This document shows, piece by piece, positions 23,987 to 31,449 of a stretch of 32,000 bases of DNA. Positions within the stretch are counted from its first letter, which is position 1. Every line of letters starts with the position of its first letter. Under the pieces are notes generated by a model. That model did no database searches and had not been told where the DNA came from. It worked only from the letters and a program-made list of their open reading frames with translations. Origin of the DNA: Thermodesulfobacterium commune DSM 2178 (GTDB lineage Bacteria > Desulfobacterota > Thermodesulfobacteria > Thermodesulfobacteriales > Thermodesulfobacteriaceae); NCBI RefSeq assembly GCF_000734015.1, contig NZ_CP008796.1, positions 480,001-512,000 of the forward strand. The letters are read 5' to 3'. Position numbers and translations under genes: made by a program.

Positions 23987-25074
23987 AGTCTATAAGCCAC
24001 TTGGTCAAGGAGCTGACAAACTTGGTTAGAACTTTTTAAAGGTTTCCCTAAAACTTCTTCCCAAATCCTTTCGCCTTCCATACAAAAATAAAAGGTTATT
24101 TTATCTTCCACTTCTTTTATGATTTTAGCCAAACTTTGAAAAAGTTTTTTTCTGAGGTCTATAAAGTATCTCTTTTTTAAATCAAGGCCTTCGATAAACT
24201 CATAAGCATAGATTGAGGTTTGAGGAAATCTTTCTTCTGCGATGTATTTTAGCTCTTTAGGGTATCTTAAAGCTCCTAAACTTATCCAGGCAATCTTTTC
24301 CCATGGTATTGCGTTTAAAACCTTTTCTAAAACTTGAGGATATTCAGCCTCTGCGTTTTCGTAAAAAATGATTGGGTCAAAGTGAAAGGCTACTGTAAAC
24401 CCATGTTTTATCGCATATCTTGCGCTTTCAATTCTCTGTTCCAATGAAGAGGTTCCGTGTTCTTCGGTGTTTATAATAAATGGGGTATTTAAGGACCAAG
24501 CAAAAATAATTTTAGGGTCAGATTTAAATTTTTTAAAGTAATTTTCTTTAATAAAAGCCTTAGTTTTTAATTCAAGTACAGCAAAAGGATTTAACGTTTC
24601 CCAAAAGTTGATTAATTTTTCAGAAACACCCCCAAAGGGTTCCAAAACCATACTATCTGCAAACTCTCCTGTTCCAATTCTCAGTACTCTTTTTTCTTTT
24701 CTGGCATTATTAAGAACTCTTTCTAATTCTTGAAATCCATCCTCGACAACATTAGCCCAAAGTTTTATGCCCGGGCGATTTAAATAAAGCTGAAGAATAC
24801 AATAGGTGCAGTCAAACAAACATCCTTCAGCAAAATGAAAGATTTTATAACCACAACAAAGATAGTTTTTAGTTCCAGGACAATCTCTGAAAAACCTACC
24901 CTTAAACCTTATCAAAAAAAGAAATCTTTTACCTAAAGAAACAAGCTCTGCCTGGGAAGCCCAGGCTTTCCATCGAAAATCTTCGTAAGTAGGAATAACC
25001 TCATAAGGATATTTTTTTATTATTTCCTGGGTTAAATAATAAGAAAAAGCTTCTTCTTCTACAAGAATTTTCAT
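23974..25074 (-). CDS. Radical SAM protein of the spore-photoproduct-lyase-like (SplB/COG1533) family
   Basis: CxxxCxxC cluster motif CLFDCTYC, in a ~360-aa protein whose layout resembles SPL-family DNA repair lyases. Confidence 0.75.
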   Translation of the reverse strand: MKILVEEEAFSYYLTQEIIKKYPYEVIPTYEDFRWKAWASQAELVSLGKRFLFLIRFKGRFFRDCPGTKNYLCCGYKIFHFAEGCLFDCTYCILQLYLNRPGIKLWANVVEDGFQELERVLNNARKEKRVLRIGTGEFADSMVLEPFGGVSEKLINFWETLNPFAVLELKTKAFIKENYFKKFKSDPKIIFAWSLNTPFIINTEEHGTSSLEQRIESARYAIKHGFTVAFHFDPIIFYENAEAEYPQVLEKVLNAIPWEKIAWISLGALRYPKELKYIAEERFPQTSIYAYEFIEGLDLKKRYFIDLRKKLFQSLAKIIKEVEDKITFYFCMEGERIWEEVLGKPLKSSNQVCQLLDQVAYRLCQS

Positions 25075-25077
25075 TAC

Positions 25078-26100
25078 TTAAAGATAATCTTTTATCAGTA
25101 ATTCTGCAATCTGAACCGCGTTGGTGGCTGCACCCTTTCTTAAGTTATCTGCTACTATCCATAAATTTAAACCATTTTCTATAGAAAAGTCTTCTCTGAT
25201 CCTTCCCACAAAAACTTCGTCTCTTCCTGCAACCTCTATCTGAAGTGGATAAACCTTTTTTTCTGGATTGTCAAAAACTACCACTCCGGGAGCTTTTTCT
25301 AAAAGTTCTATAGCCTTTTCTACAGTAAGTTTTTTTTCTGTTTCTATGTTAACAGCTTCAGCATGTCCATAAAATACAGGCACTCTCACCGTGGTAGAAG
25401 TAACCCTTATGGTATCATCTTCCATGATTTTTTTAGTTTCTTCTACCATCTTCATCTCTTCCTTGGTATAGCGGTTAGGAAGGAAAACATCTATTTGAGG
25501 TATACAGTTAAAAGCGATAAACTGGGGAAGATATTTGGGCGCTGGCATAGGCTCTCCCATACACCAAGCCCTAACCTGAGCCTCAAGTTCAGCTATAGCC
25601 TTTTGCCCTGCCCCTGATACTGACTGATAGGTGCTTACTACTATTCTTTTGATTTTAGCATAATCATGCAATGGTTTTAGGGCTACCACCATTTGAATGG
25701 TAGAACAGTTGGGATTAGCGATGATACCTTTGTTTTTATATTGGGCTACTGCATGAGGATTTACCTCTGGAACTACTAAGGGCACCTCAGGGTCCATCCT
25801 CCAGGCACTTGAATTATCTATAACTACCGCACCATCTCTTGCAAACAGAGGTGCATAATCTAAACTTCTTTGTGCACCTGCTGAAAAGAGGGCAATATCA
25901 ATTCCTTTAAAGCTTTTGGTCTCTTCTAAAACTTCCACAGGTATCTCTTCCCCTTTAAAAGGAAGTTTTATACCTTTAGACTTAGGAGAAGCAAAAAATC
26001 TTATATTTTTTACAGGAAAATTTCTTTCTTCTAAAACAGTTATCATCATTCTTCCTACAGCCCCGGTGGCTCCAACTACTGCCACTGTATATTCTTTCAT
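25078..26100 (-). CDS. asd: Aspartate-semialdehyde dehydrogenase
   Basis: N-terminal Rossmann motif VVGATGAVG, active-site motif NPNCSTIQM and C-terminal motif DNLRKGAATNAVQIAE. Confidence 0.96.
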   Translation of the reverse strand: MKEYTVAVVGATGAVGRMMITVLEERNFPVKNIRFFASPKSKGIKLPFKGEEIPVEVLEETKSFKGIDIALFSAGAQRSLDYAPLFARDGAVVIDNSSAWRMDPEVPLVVPEVNPHAVAQYKNKGIIANPNCSTIQMVVALKPLHDYAKIKRIVVSTYQSVSGAGQKAIAELEAQVRAWCMGEPMPAPKYLPQFIAFNCIPQIDVFLPNRYTKEEMKMVEETKKIMEDDTIRVTSTTVRVPVFYGHAEAVNIETEKKLTVEKAIELLEKAPGVVVFDNPEKKVYPLQIEVAGRDEVFVGRIREDFSIENGLNLWIVADNLRKGAATNAVQIAELLIKDYL

Positions 26101-26126
26101 AAGTAACCCCCTGTCTTATAATCTTA

Positions 26127-26149
26127 GTTTTATGAGGATATCATAAAAC
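26127..26149. promoter_or_regulatory. Perfect 9-bp inverted repeat GTTTTATGA-N5-TCATAAAAC in the asd / SpoU-operon divergent intergenic region
   Basis: The arms at 26127-26135 and 26141-26149 are exact reverse complements. The repeat lies 27-49 nt upstream of the asd ATG. Function unknown. Confidence 0.35.
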
Positions 26150-26182
26150 CTAAAAACTTCAAGTTAATCATCTTTTATTACT

Positions 26183-26211
26183 TTCAATAAGAAGTTCTTT
26201 TGTCCTATAAT
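26183..26211 (+). promoter_or_regulatory. Candidate sigma70-type promoter for the SpoU-SfsA::DUF123-PNP-J operon (TTCAAT-N17-TATAAT)
   Basis: -35-like TTCAAT at 26183-26188, a 17-nt spacer and a perfect TATAAT at 26206-26211, 45 nt upstream of the ATG at 26256. Confidence 0.4.
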
Positions 26212-26255
26212 TTTATTTGCAGTTTCTTAAGATTAAATTAAAATTAACGAAGATT

Positions 26256-26816
26256 ATGAAAAAGTTAGAAGGTGAAGAAATCCTTAAAAAATGGCGACAA
26301 AATAGAGATACTCACGGAAGATTCCCTATTATAGCTGTGCTTGACAACATAAGAAGCGCCTATAATGTAGGGTCTATGTTTAGAACAGCAGAATGTGCTT
26401 ATGTTTCTAAATTGGTCTTATGTGGTATCACCGCTTACCCCCCAAATCCAAAGATAGAAAAAACCGCCTTAGGAACTACCCAAACCGTTCCTTGGGAATA
26501 CTTTAACGATACCTACCAAGCAGTAAAACATTTAAAAAATTTAGGTTATAAAGTAGCAGCTTTAGAAATTACAGAAAGTAGTATCCCCATTCAAAACGTT
26601 AAACCGTCTGATTTTCCGTTAGCGTTAGTTATCGGAAACGAAGTTACCGGAGTGGACGAAAGGGTTCTCGAAGCGGCTGACATGGTTTTAGAAATTCCAC
26701 TTTACGGAGAAAAAGAGTCGTTAAACGTAGCTATAGCCTTTGGGGTGGCTATCTTTCTTCTTATAGAAAAACTAAAAAATAATACCCAAAATGAAATATC
26801 CTTTCCTTTTTCCTAA
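26256..26816 (+). CDS. SpoU/TrmH-family RNA 2'-O-methyltransferase
   Basis: SPOUT motifs LDNIRSAYNVGSMFRTAE, VIGNEVTGVD and IPLYGEKESLNVAIAFGVAIF. I prefer the ATG at 26256 because the TTG at 26217 would overlap the predicted promoter/TSS. Confidence 0.85.
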   Translation: MKKLEGEEILKKWRQNRDTHGRFPIIAVLDNIRSAYNVGSMFRTAECAYVSKLVLCGITAYPPNPKIEKTALGTTQTVPWEYFNDTYQAVKHLKNLGYKVAALEITESSIPIQNVKPSDFPLALVIGNEVTGVDERVLEAADMVLEIPLYGEKESLNVAIAFGVAIFLLIEKLKNNTQNEISFPFS

Positions 26817-27951
26817 AATTTCTGCTATCTTTATCGAAAGGGTCAATCGGTTTGTGGTCAAGATAAAAATAAAAGATGGATTAAGTCGCAGTACCTATGA
26901 ATTTGCCTATCTACCTAATCCAGGTAGACTTTGGGAGCTGCTTTTGGAAGGCACTGAGCTTTTGGTATTCCCTAATCCTAAAAATAGTAAACTCCCTTAT
27001 ACGGTTTTAGCCTGCAAAAAAAGAGAAAACTATGTCCTTCTTCATACTCACCTGACCAATCACATCGTTTCAACCCTTATTGAAAAAGAAATGATTCCTA
27101 TTTATAAAGGTTTTCAGGTTGAGAAAAAAGAAACTATGTCTGCTAAAGGTCGTTTCGATTTGTTGCTAAAAAATCTGTATTCTCAGGAAAAAATTTTACT
27201 TGAAATTAAAACGTGTACTCTTTTTGGAGAAAAAATTGCCATGTTTCCTGATGCAGAAACTAAAAGAGGACAACGGCATCTTGTTGAACTACTTGAGCTT
27301 TCTAAGAAAGGAGATCAAACAGAGATGCTTTTTGTCGTTATGAACCCTGAAGTAAAATATTTTCTTCCTGCCTATCATATAGATTTTAATTTTTCTTCTT
27401 GGTTTTTAAGAGTAAAAGAAGAGATAAAATTAAGGGCTATATCTTTAACCTGGGATCCCACTTTTACCGAAGTAACACGTATAAACTTAGTAGACATTCC
27501 TTTTGACCTTTTAGAACAAGAGCTGAAAGACCAGGGAGCTTATCTTTTGGTTTTTAGAATAGCCCAACCTGTAAACCTTGTAATAAATCAAAAAACTTTT
27601 TTTATAAAACCAGGTTTTTACATCTATGTAGGGTCTGCGATCCAAGGCCTTGAGGCCAGGATAAAAAGACACTTAAGAAAAACCAAAAAGCTTCATTGGC
27701 ACATAGACTATCTACTAACCTATGCTCACAGTATCGTGCCTATTCCTATAAGGTCCTCTGAAAAAATAGAGTGTGCTTTAGCTTCTGACGTTGGTAAACT
27801 GTCTGAAGGCTTTGTGCCTGGGTTTGGGGCAACTGATTGTAAGTGCTTTTCTCATCTTTTTTATTTCTCGTGCTCACCTTTTCAAAATTCTGATTTTCAC
27901 GAATTAATAATTAAATACCGGATAGATAGGCTATGTTCTTACCTAAGATAA
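26791..27951 (+). CDS. sfsA: Fusion protein: SfsA-like (OB fold + PD-(D/E)xK nuclease fold) N-terminal ~240 aa, plus a DUF123 (GIY-YIG/Uri-superfamily nuclease-like) C-terminal ~140 aa
   Basis: SfsA part: IERVNRFVVKI, PNPGRL, GRFDLLL, LLEIKTCTL, FPDAETKRGQRHL. DUF123 part: GFYIYVGSA, RIKRHL, LHWHIDYL, EC.LA, GFGATDCKCFSHLFYF. The two parts form a single uninterrupted ORF. Confidence 0.8.
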   Translation: MKYPFLFPKISAIFIERVNRFVVKIKIKDGLSRSTYEFAYLPNPGRLWELLLEGTELLVFPNPKNSKLPYTVLACKKRENYVLLHTHLTNHIVSTLIEKEMIPIYKGFQVEKKETMSAKGRFDLLLKNLYSQEKILLEIKTCTLFGEKIAMFPDAETKRGQRHLVELLELSKKGDQTEMLFVVMNPEVKYFLPAYHIDFNFSSWFLRVKEEIKLRAISLTWDPTFTEVTRINLVDIPFDLLEQELKDQGAYLLVFRIAQPVNLVINQKTFFIKPGFYIYVGSAIQGLEARIKRHLRKTKKLHWHIDYLLTYAHSIVPIPIRSSEKIECALASDVGKLSEGFVPGFGATDCKCFSHLFYFSCSPFQNSDFHELIIKYRIDRLCSYLR

Positions 27952-28619
27952 ACCTAAAGACCGGGGATCGAGGGGTTATTTTTTTTACGCTGCCTGAATG
28001 GAAGCTCGCAAAAGAAAAAATCAGCCTAAAAAAGCATTTTTCCTGGTTAAACCTTACTATAAAATATGACGCAAAGGGTTTTATTTGTGGTCCGATTTTA
28101 GGAGCTCCGATGATAGGACTACTTTTTGAGATTTTTCAAAACTGGGAGATAAAAGAACTGTTAACCGTAGGTTGGGCAGCTAAGTTAGGGGAGAAGCTTA
28201 AATTGGGAGAGGTTTTTCTCCCAAACAAGGCCTATTCTTTAGAAGGAACTTCAAGGCTTTACTGGGAAAAACGAAAAGTTTTTACCCCAGAATTTGAATT
28301 TTTTACCAAGATTAAAGAAAATCTTGTGCAAATAGGATTAATGCCCTCATCTGGTCCTATAATTTCTACAGACGCCCCTTTTATTTTTGAAAAAAATACA
28401 CAATTTTTAAACAAATGGGCAACTAAAGCTTATGCTTTAGACATGGAAACTTCTGCGGTGTTTGCTTTAGGAAAATATTTTAACGTTAAAACCCAGGCTA
28501 TACTTTTGATTACCGATGAAATTGGTAGAACAAGCTTTCAAAGACCTGAAAACTTATTGAAACCAAGCAGAGAAAAAATTTTAGAGTTAATACAAAGATT
28601 CCTAAGCCATGAGGTCTAA
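27933..28619 (+). CDS. PNP/UDP-family (nucleoside phosphorylase / nucleosidase superfamily) protein, specificity unknown
   Basis: Family pattern ...GPILGAPMIGLLFE...ELLTVGWAAKL...LGEVFLP... and the C-terminal ALDMETSAVFALGKYFNVKTQAILLITDE. Overlaps both neighbours (19 nt and 11 nt). Confidence 0.72.
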   Translation: MFLPKINLKTGDRGVIFFTLPEWKLAKEKISLKKHFSWLNLTIKYDAKGFICGPILGAPMIGLLFEIFQNWEIKELLTVGWAAKLGEKLKLGEVFLPNKAYSLEGTSRLYWEKRKVFTPEFEFFTKIKENLVQIGLMPSSGPIISTDAPFIFEKNTQFLNKWATKAYALDMETSAVFALGKYFNVKTQAILLITDEIGRTSFQRPENLLKPSREKILELIQRFLSHEV

Positions 28620-29496
28620 AAACTCAAAAACCAACCCCTTTGAGGTTTTTGGTTTAACCCCTAAATTAGTAAAAGAACTAGACGACCAAACACTTTTTAA
28701 ACTTATCAAGGCTCTCTATAGAATTCTTCAACTTTACTATCATCCGGATAAAGGAGGAGACCCTAGAAAGGCATTAGAACTAAACTTAGCCTATGAATCC
28801 TTAAATTTAGAGAAAAACGAAAAACTTTTTAAAGAGTATAAAAACAAGTATATCCAAAGGCTTTCTCGTAAGACCATGTTTTCCAAGCTTCAAGAACTGG
28901 AAACTCAGAACCGTAAACTCACTCTTTTAGCCGACCTTTTAAAGGAAAAATGTTGGCAGCTTTTGGTAGAAAGACCGATGGTCATAGAAGAAATTAGCCG
29001 TAAAAAGGCTTTAAAACTAAAAATTTTTGACCTGGTATCCCATCTCAACTTTTCTTACCTAAAACCATCTCAAAAATCTCTGTTTTTTAAAGAGATATAT
29101 CTTATAGGGTCTGAGGTGGTTAAAAAAGATAGGTTTAAACGTACGTGCTACAGAATAAAAAATTATCGATTTTTAGGCTCAATAAAAAGAAATTACATAG
29201 AACCATGGGCTTTATTAGAAAAACACACAAAGGATAAACAAGTGATCTATAATAATCTGATAAATCGAGAGATTTTTGTACAAGAATTTATCCTTTTTTT
29301 AAGACCTGAATTGGAAACAAATGCTTATCTTTTTTTCTTTCAACCAGAAGACCCACAACATGTAGTGTTTGAAGGAATTCTTATTAAAAAAGAAGAGGTT
29401 GATTTAGAAGAAGTTAAGCCCTTGTTAAACAAGGTTCTTCTTCTTAAAGAGGACTTTGCAGAAAACATCACAGATAGAAGTTTAAAACAAGATTAA
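28609..29496 (+). CDS. Orphan J-domain protein with a coiled-coil and an uncharacterised ~200-aa C-terminal region
   Basis: N-terminal J-domain NPFEVFGLTP...LYRILQLYYHPDKGGDPRKALELNLAYESL with an intact HPD motif. The rest has no zinc finger, G/F region or DnaJ CTD. Confidence 0.72.
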   Translation: MRSKNSKTNPFEVFGLTPKLVKELDDQTLFKLIKALYRILQLYYHPDKGGDPRKALELNLAYESLNLEKNEKLFKEYKNKYIQRLSRKTMFSKLQELETQNRKLTLLADLLKEKCWQLLVERPMVIEEISRKKALKLKIFDLVSHLNFSYLKPSQKSLFFKEIYLIGSEVVKKDRFKRTCYRIKNYRFLGSIKRNYIEPWALLEKHTKDKQVIYNNLINREIFVQEFILFLRPELETNAYLFFFQPEDPQHVVFEGILIKKEEVDLEEVKPLLNKVLLLKEDFAENITDRSLKQD

Positions 29497-30260
29497 CTTT
29501 TAGGTTTAGGGGTTTTCAAGAACCTAATTCCTGTCCAGATTACTATGATAGCAAAAAAGATTCTCAAGTAAAATTCAGGTAAAAAGTTGGCTATATTACC
29601 TCCTATAAACGTTCCTATGATGATTCCTATTACCAATCCAGGCAAAATTGTTTTTACCACGTTACCCAGTTTCAGGTGGGTATAGGCTCCTACTAACCCA
29701 GCGGGAACCATGCATAAAAGTGAGGTTCCTTGGGCAAGGTGTTGCCCATAGTTTAACCCTAAAACCAGGGCAGGAACCATTATCGTTCCTCCCCCTACCC
29801 CCATCATTCCTGCTATAAAACCAGCAAATACTCCAGTGAGCAACAAAGCTATAAATTTCGAAGTCCCTTCTAAAGAAAAATGATAGAGGCTTCCTAAGTA
29901 AGGTTTGGCCAAAAGTAAAAGGGAGGCAAAGATTAAAAAAGCTCCGAAAGACCTTTTTAGTTTCCATTCAGGAAGGCTGTGGGCAAACTTAGCCCCTTTT
30001 CTTGCGGTAATCATCGCTGTAATAGCGATGATTACTGAGGCTACTACATCAACCTCTCCATGCATTCCGTAAGTGATAGCACCTACAAGTCCTGTAAACA
30101 CCAAAGCCCAAAGGCTGGTTCCATGAGCCTGATGTTGAGAAAGCTTTAATACCCCTACCATAAGGGGAATCATCACCACTCCACCACCTAATCCAACCAG
30201 GCCTCCAAAACATCCTGCTAAAATTCCTATCCAAACTGCATGAAAAATTTCTTTTTTCAT
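29493..30260 (-). CDS. TauE/SafE (DUF81) family anion/sulfite exporter-like membrane protein
   Basis: About 8 TM segments, with the duplicated signature G.GGG..M.P......L...QH.AxGTSL....GLVGA.T in both halves. Confidence 0.88.
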   Translation of the reverse strand: MKKEIFHAVWIGILAGCFGGLVGLGGGVVMIPLMVGVLKLSQHQAHGTSLWALVFTGLVGAITYGMHGEVDVVASVIIAITAMITARKGAKFAHSLPEWKLKRSFGAFLIFASLLLLAKPYLGSLYHFSLEGTSKFIALLLTGVFAGFIAGMMGVGGGTIMVPALVLGLNYGQHLAQGTSLLCMVPAGLVGAYTHLKLGNVVKTILPGLVIGIIIGTFIGGNIANFLPEFYLRIFFAIIVIWTGIRFLKTPKPKS

Positions 30261-30273
30261 AATTCCCCCCTTT

Positions 30274-31449
30274 TTATTTTTCTATATAAAGTCCTACTCC
30301 TTTTAAATAAAAGGTTTCTTCTACAAAAGGGTTGATAGGATGGTCTTTTGCCTGAATCCCTTTAAAAATAATCTTTCCGTCAACCTGTAGTCTTTTAAGA
30401 GAGGTTTTAATAAAATTCAAAAGCCTTTCAAACTTTAAAAAATGGGAACAAGAAAATCCGAAGAAAAATCCTCTTTCCAGGGCTTTAAGGCCTAAAAAAT
30501 AAAGGGTTTCATATTTTTTTTCACCTTCTAAAACATGTTTATGAGACTTTATAAAGGCTGGAGGATCAAGGATTATCATGTCTACCTTAGGAGGATTCTT
30601 TAATATATGAAAAACGTCTCCTTGAAGAGTTATAACTTTCTCCTTCCAGTGGTTAATCTTAGCTATTTCTTCTACTAACAAGAGAGCGTTGGCAGAACGG
30701 TCTATAAAAAAAACTCTGTCAGCACCACTCTTTAAACAGTAAAATCCAAAACCTCCGATATAAGAAAATCCATCTATAACCTGCAATCCTTTAGAAAACC
30801 TGGCAATAGCCCTACGGTTTTCTCTTTGGTCTAAAAAAAATCCCGTTTTTTGTCCGGTGATAACAGGCACCAAAAACTTTATTCCGTCCATGGTGACTAA
30901 AATCGGATCTTCTACGTTCCCATAGACTACCTTTGTATAAAGAGGAAGCCCTTCTTCTTGTCTTTTTGTGTGATCGTTTTTTAAGACGATAGCTTGAGGA
31001 GTAAACAACACCTTCAAAGCTTCGATTACAAAATCTACAAGTCTTTCCATCCCAAGTGTATGAATTTGGACCACCACTACTTTTTCAAAAATATCTACTA
31101 TTAATCCAGGTATAAAATCACCTTCAGAAAACACTAAACGAAAACAGCCTTCACCTGGATAAAAAGATTTTCTAAGTTTTAAGGCTTTAGTAAAGGCTTC
31201 TAAAAAAAATTTTTCATCTATCTTTTGTTCTTCTCTTGAAAGTAGCTTTAAGCAGTAAAAAGATTGTGGATTAAAATATCCTATCCCTAAAAAATGATTT
31301 TCTTCAGATAAAATAGTTACCAAGTCTCCAGGGGCAATTTTTTCAGATGTTTTCTTAAAATCTTTAATTTCCTTTTGGGTAAACCAGAGATGCCTTTGTA
31401 GATAGGTTTGTAGCCCTTTTTTATTTAGAACAACTGGAGGATATAGCAT
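30274..31449 (-). CDS. rlmI: PUA-domain class I SAM-dependent rRNA (cytosine-C5) methyltransferase, RlmI-like
   Basis: N-terminal HLWF...PGDLV (PUA-like region), a Rossmann methyltransferase domain (VIDGFSYIGGFG) and the LDPPAF motif. Confidence 0.82.
   Translation of the reverse strand: MLYPPVVLNKKGLQTYLQRHLWFTQKEIKDFKKTSEKIAPGDLVTILSEENHFLGIGYFNPQSFYCLKLLSREEQKIDEKFFLEAFTKALKLRKSFYPGEGCFRLVFSEGDFIPGLIVDIFEKVVVVQIHTLGMERLVDFVIEALKVLFTPQAIVLKNDHTKRQEEGLPLYTKVVYGNVEDPILVTMDGIKFLVPVITGQKTGFFLDQRENRRAIARFSKGLQVIDGFSYIGGFGFYCLKSGADRVFFIDRSANALLLVEEIAKINHWKEKVITLQGDVFHILKNPPKVDMIILDPPAFIKSHKHVLEGEKKYETLYFLGLKALERGFFFGFSCSHFLKFERLLNFIKTSLKRLQVDGKIIFKGIQAKDHPINPFVEETFYLKGVGLYIEK

Noticed and set aside
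634-26146. Remaining short ORFs in the supplied track (634-849, 1698-1898, 2316-2522, 8299-8604, 10279-10530, 11756-11965, 12969-13157, 13413-13622, 13525-13707, 15923-16135, 16518-16715, 17386-17646, 18128-18325, 19423-19614, 20547-20732, 21657-21845, 22836-23129, 25363-25617, 25916-26146)
   Set aside because: All are nested antisense or out of frame within long, motif-supported genes. None has an SD or recognisable domain. I treat them as non-coding shadows.
29662-30234. Two minus-strand ORFs (29662-29967 and 30049-30234) in alternative frames
   Set aside because: Both lie inside the TauE/SafE gene in other frames. Their R/G/W-rich translations are typical of out-of-frame reading of a Gly/Ala/Leu-rich membrane protein gene.
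29493-30260. Internal sequence duplication in the TauE/SafE protein (two GGG..M.P...QH.A.GTSL...GLVGA.T halves)
   Set aside because: It is real, but it is the known two-repeat architecture of the family and not novel.
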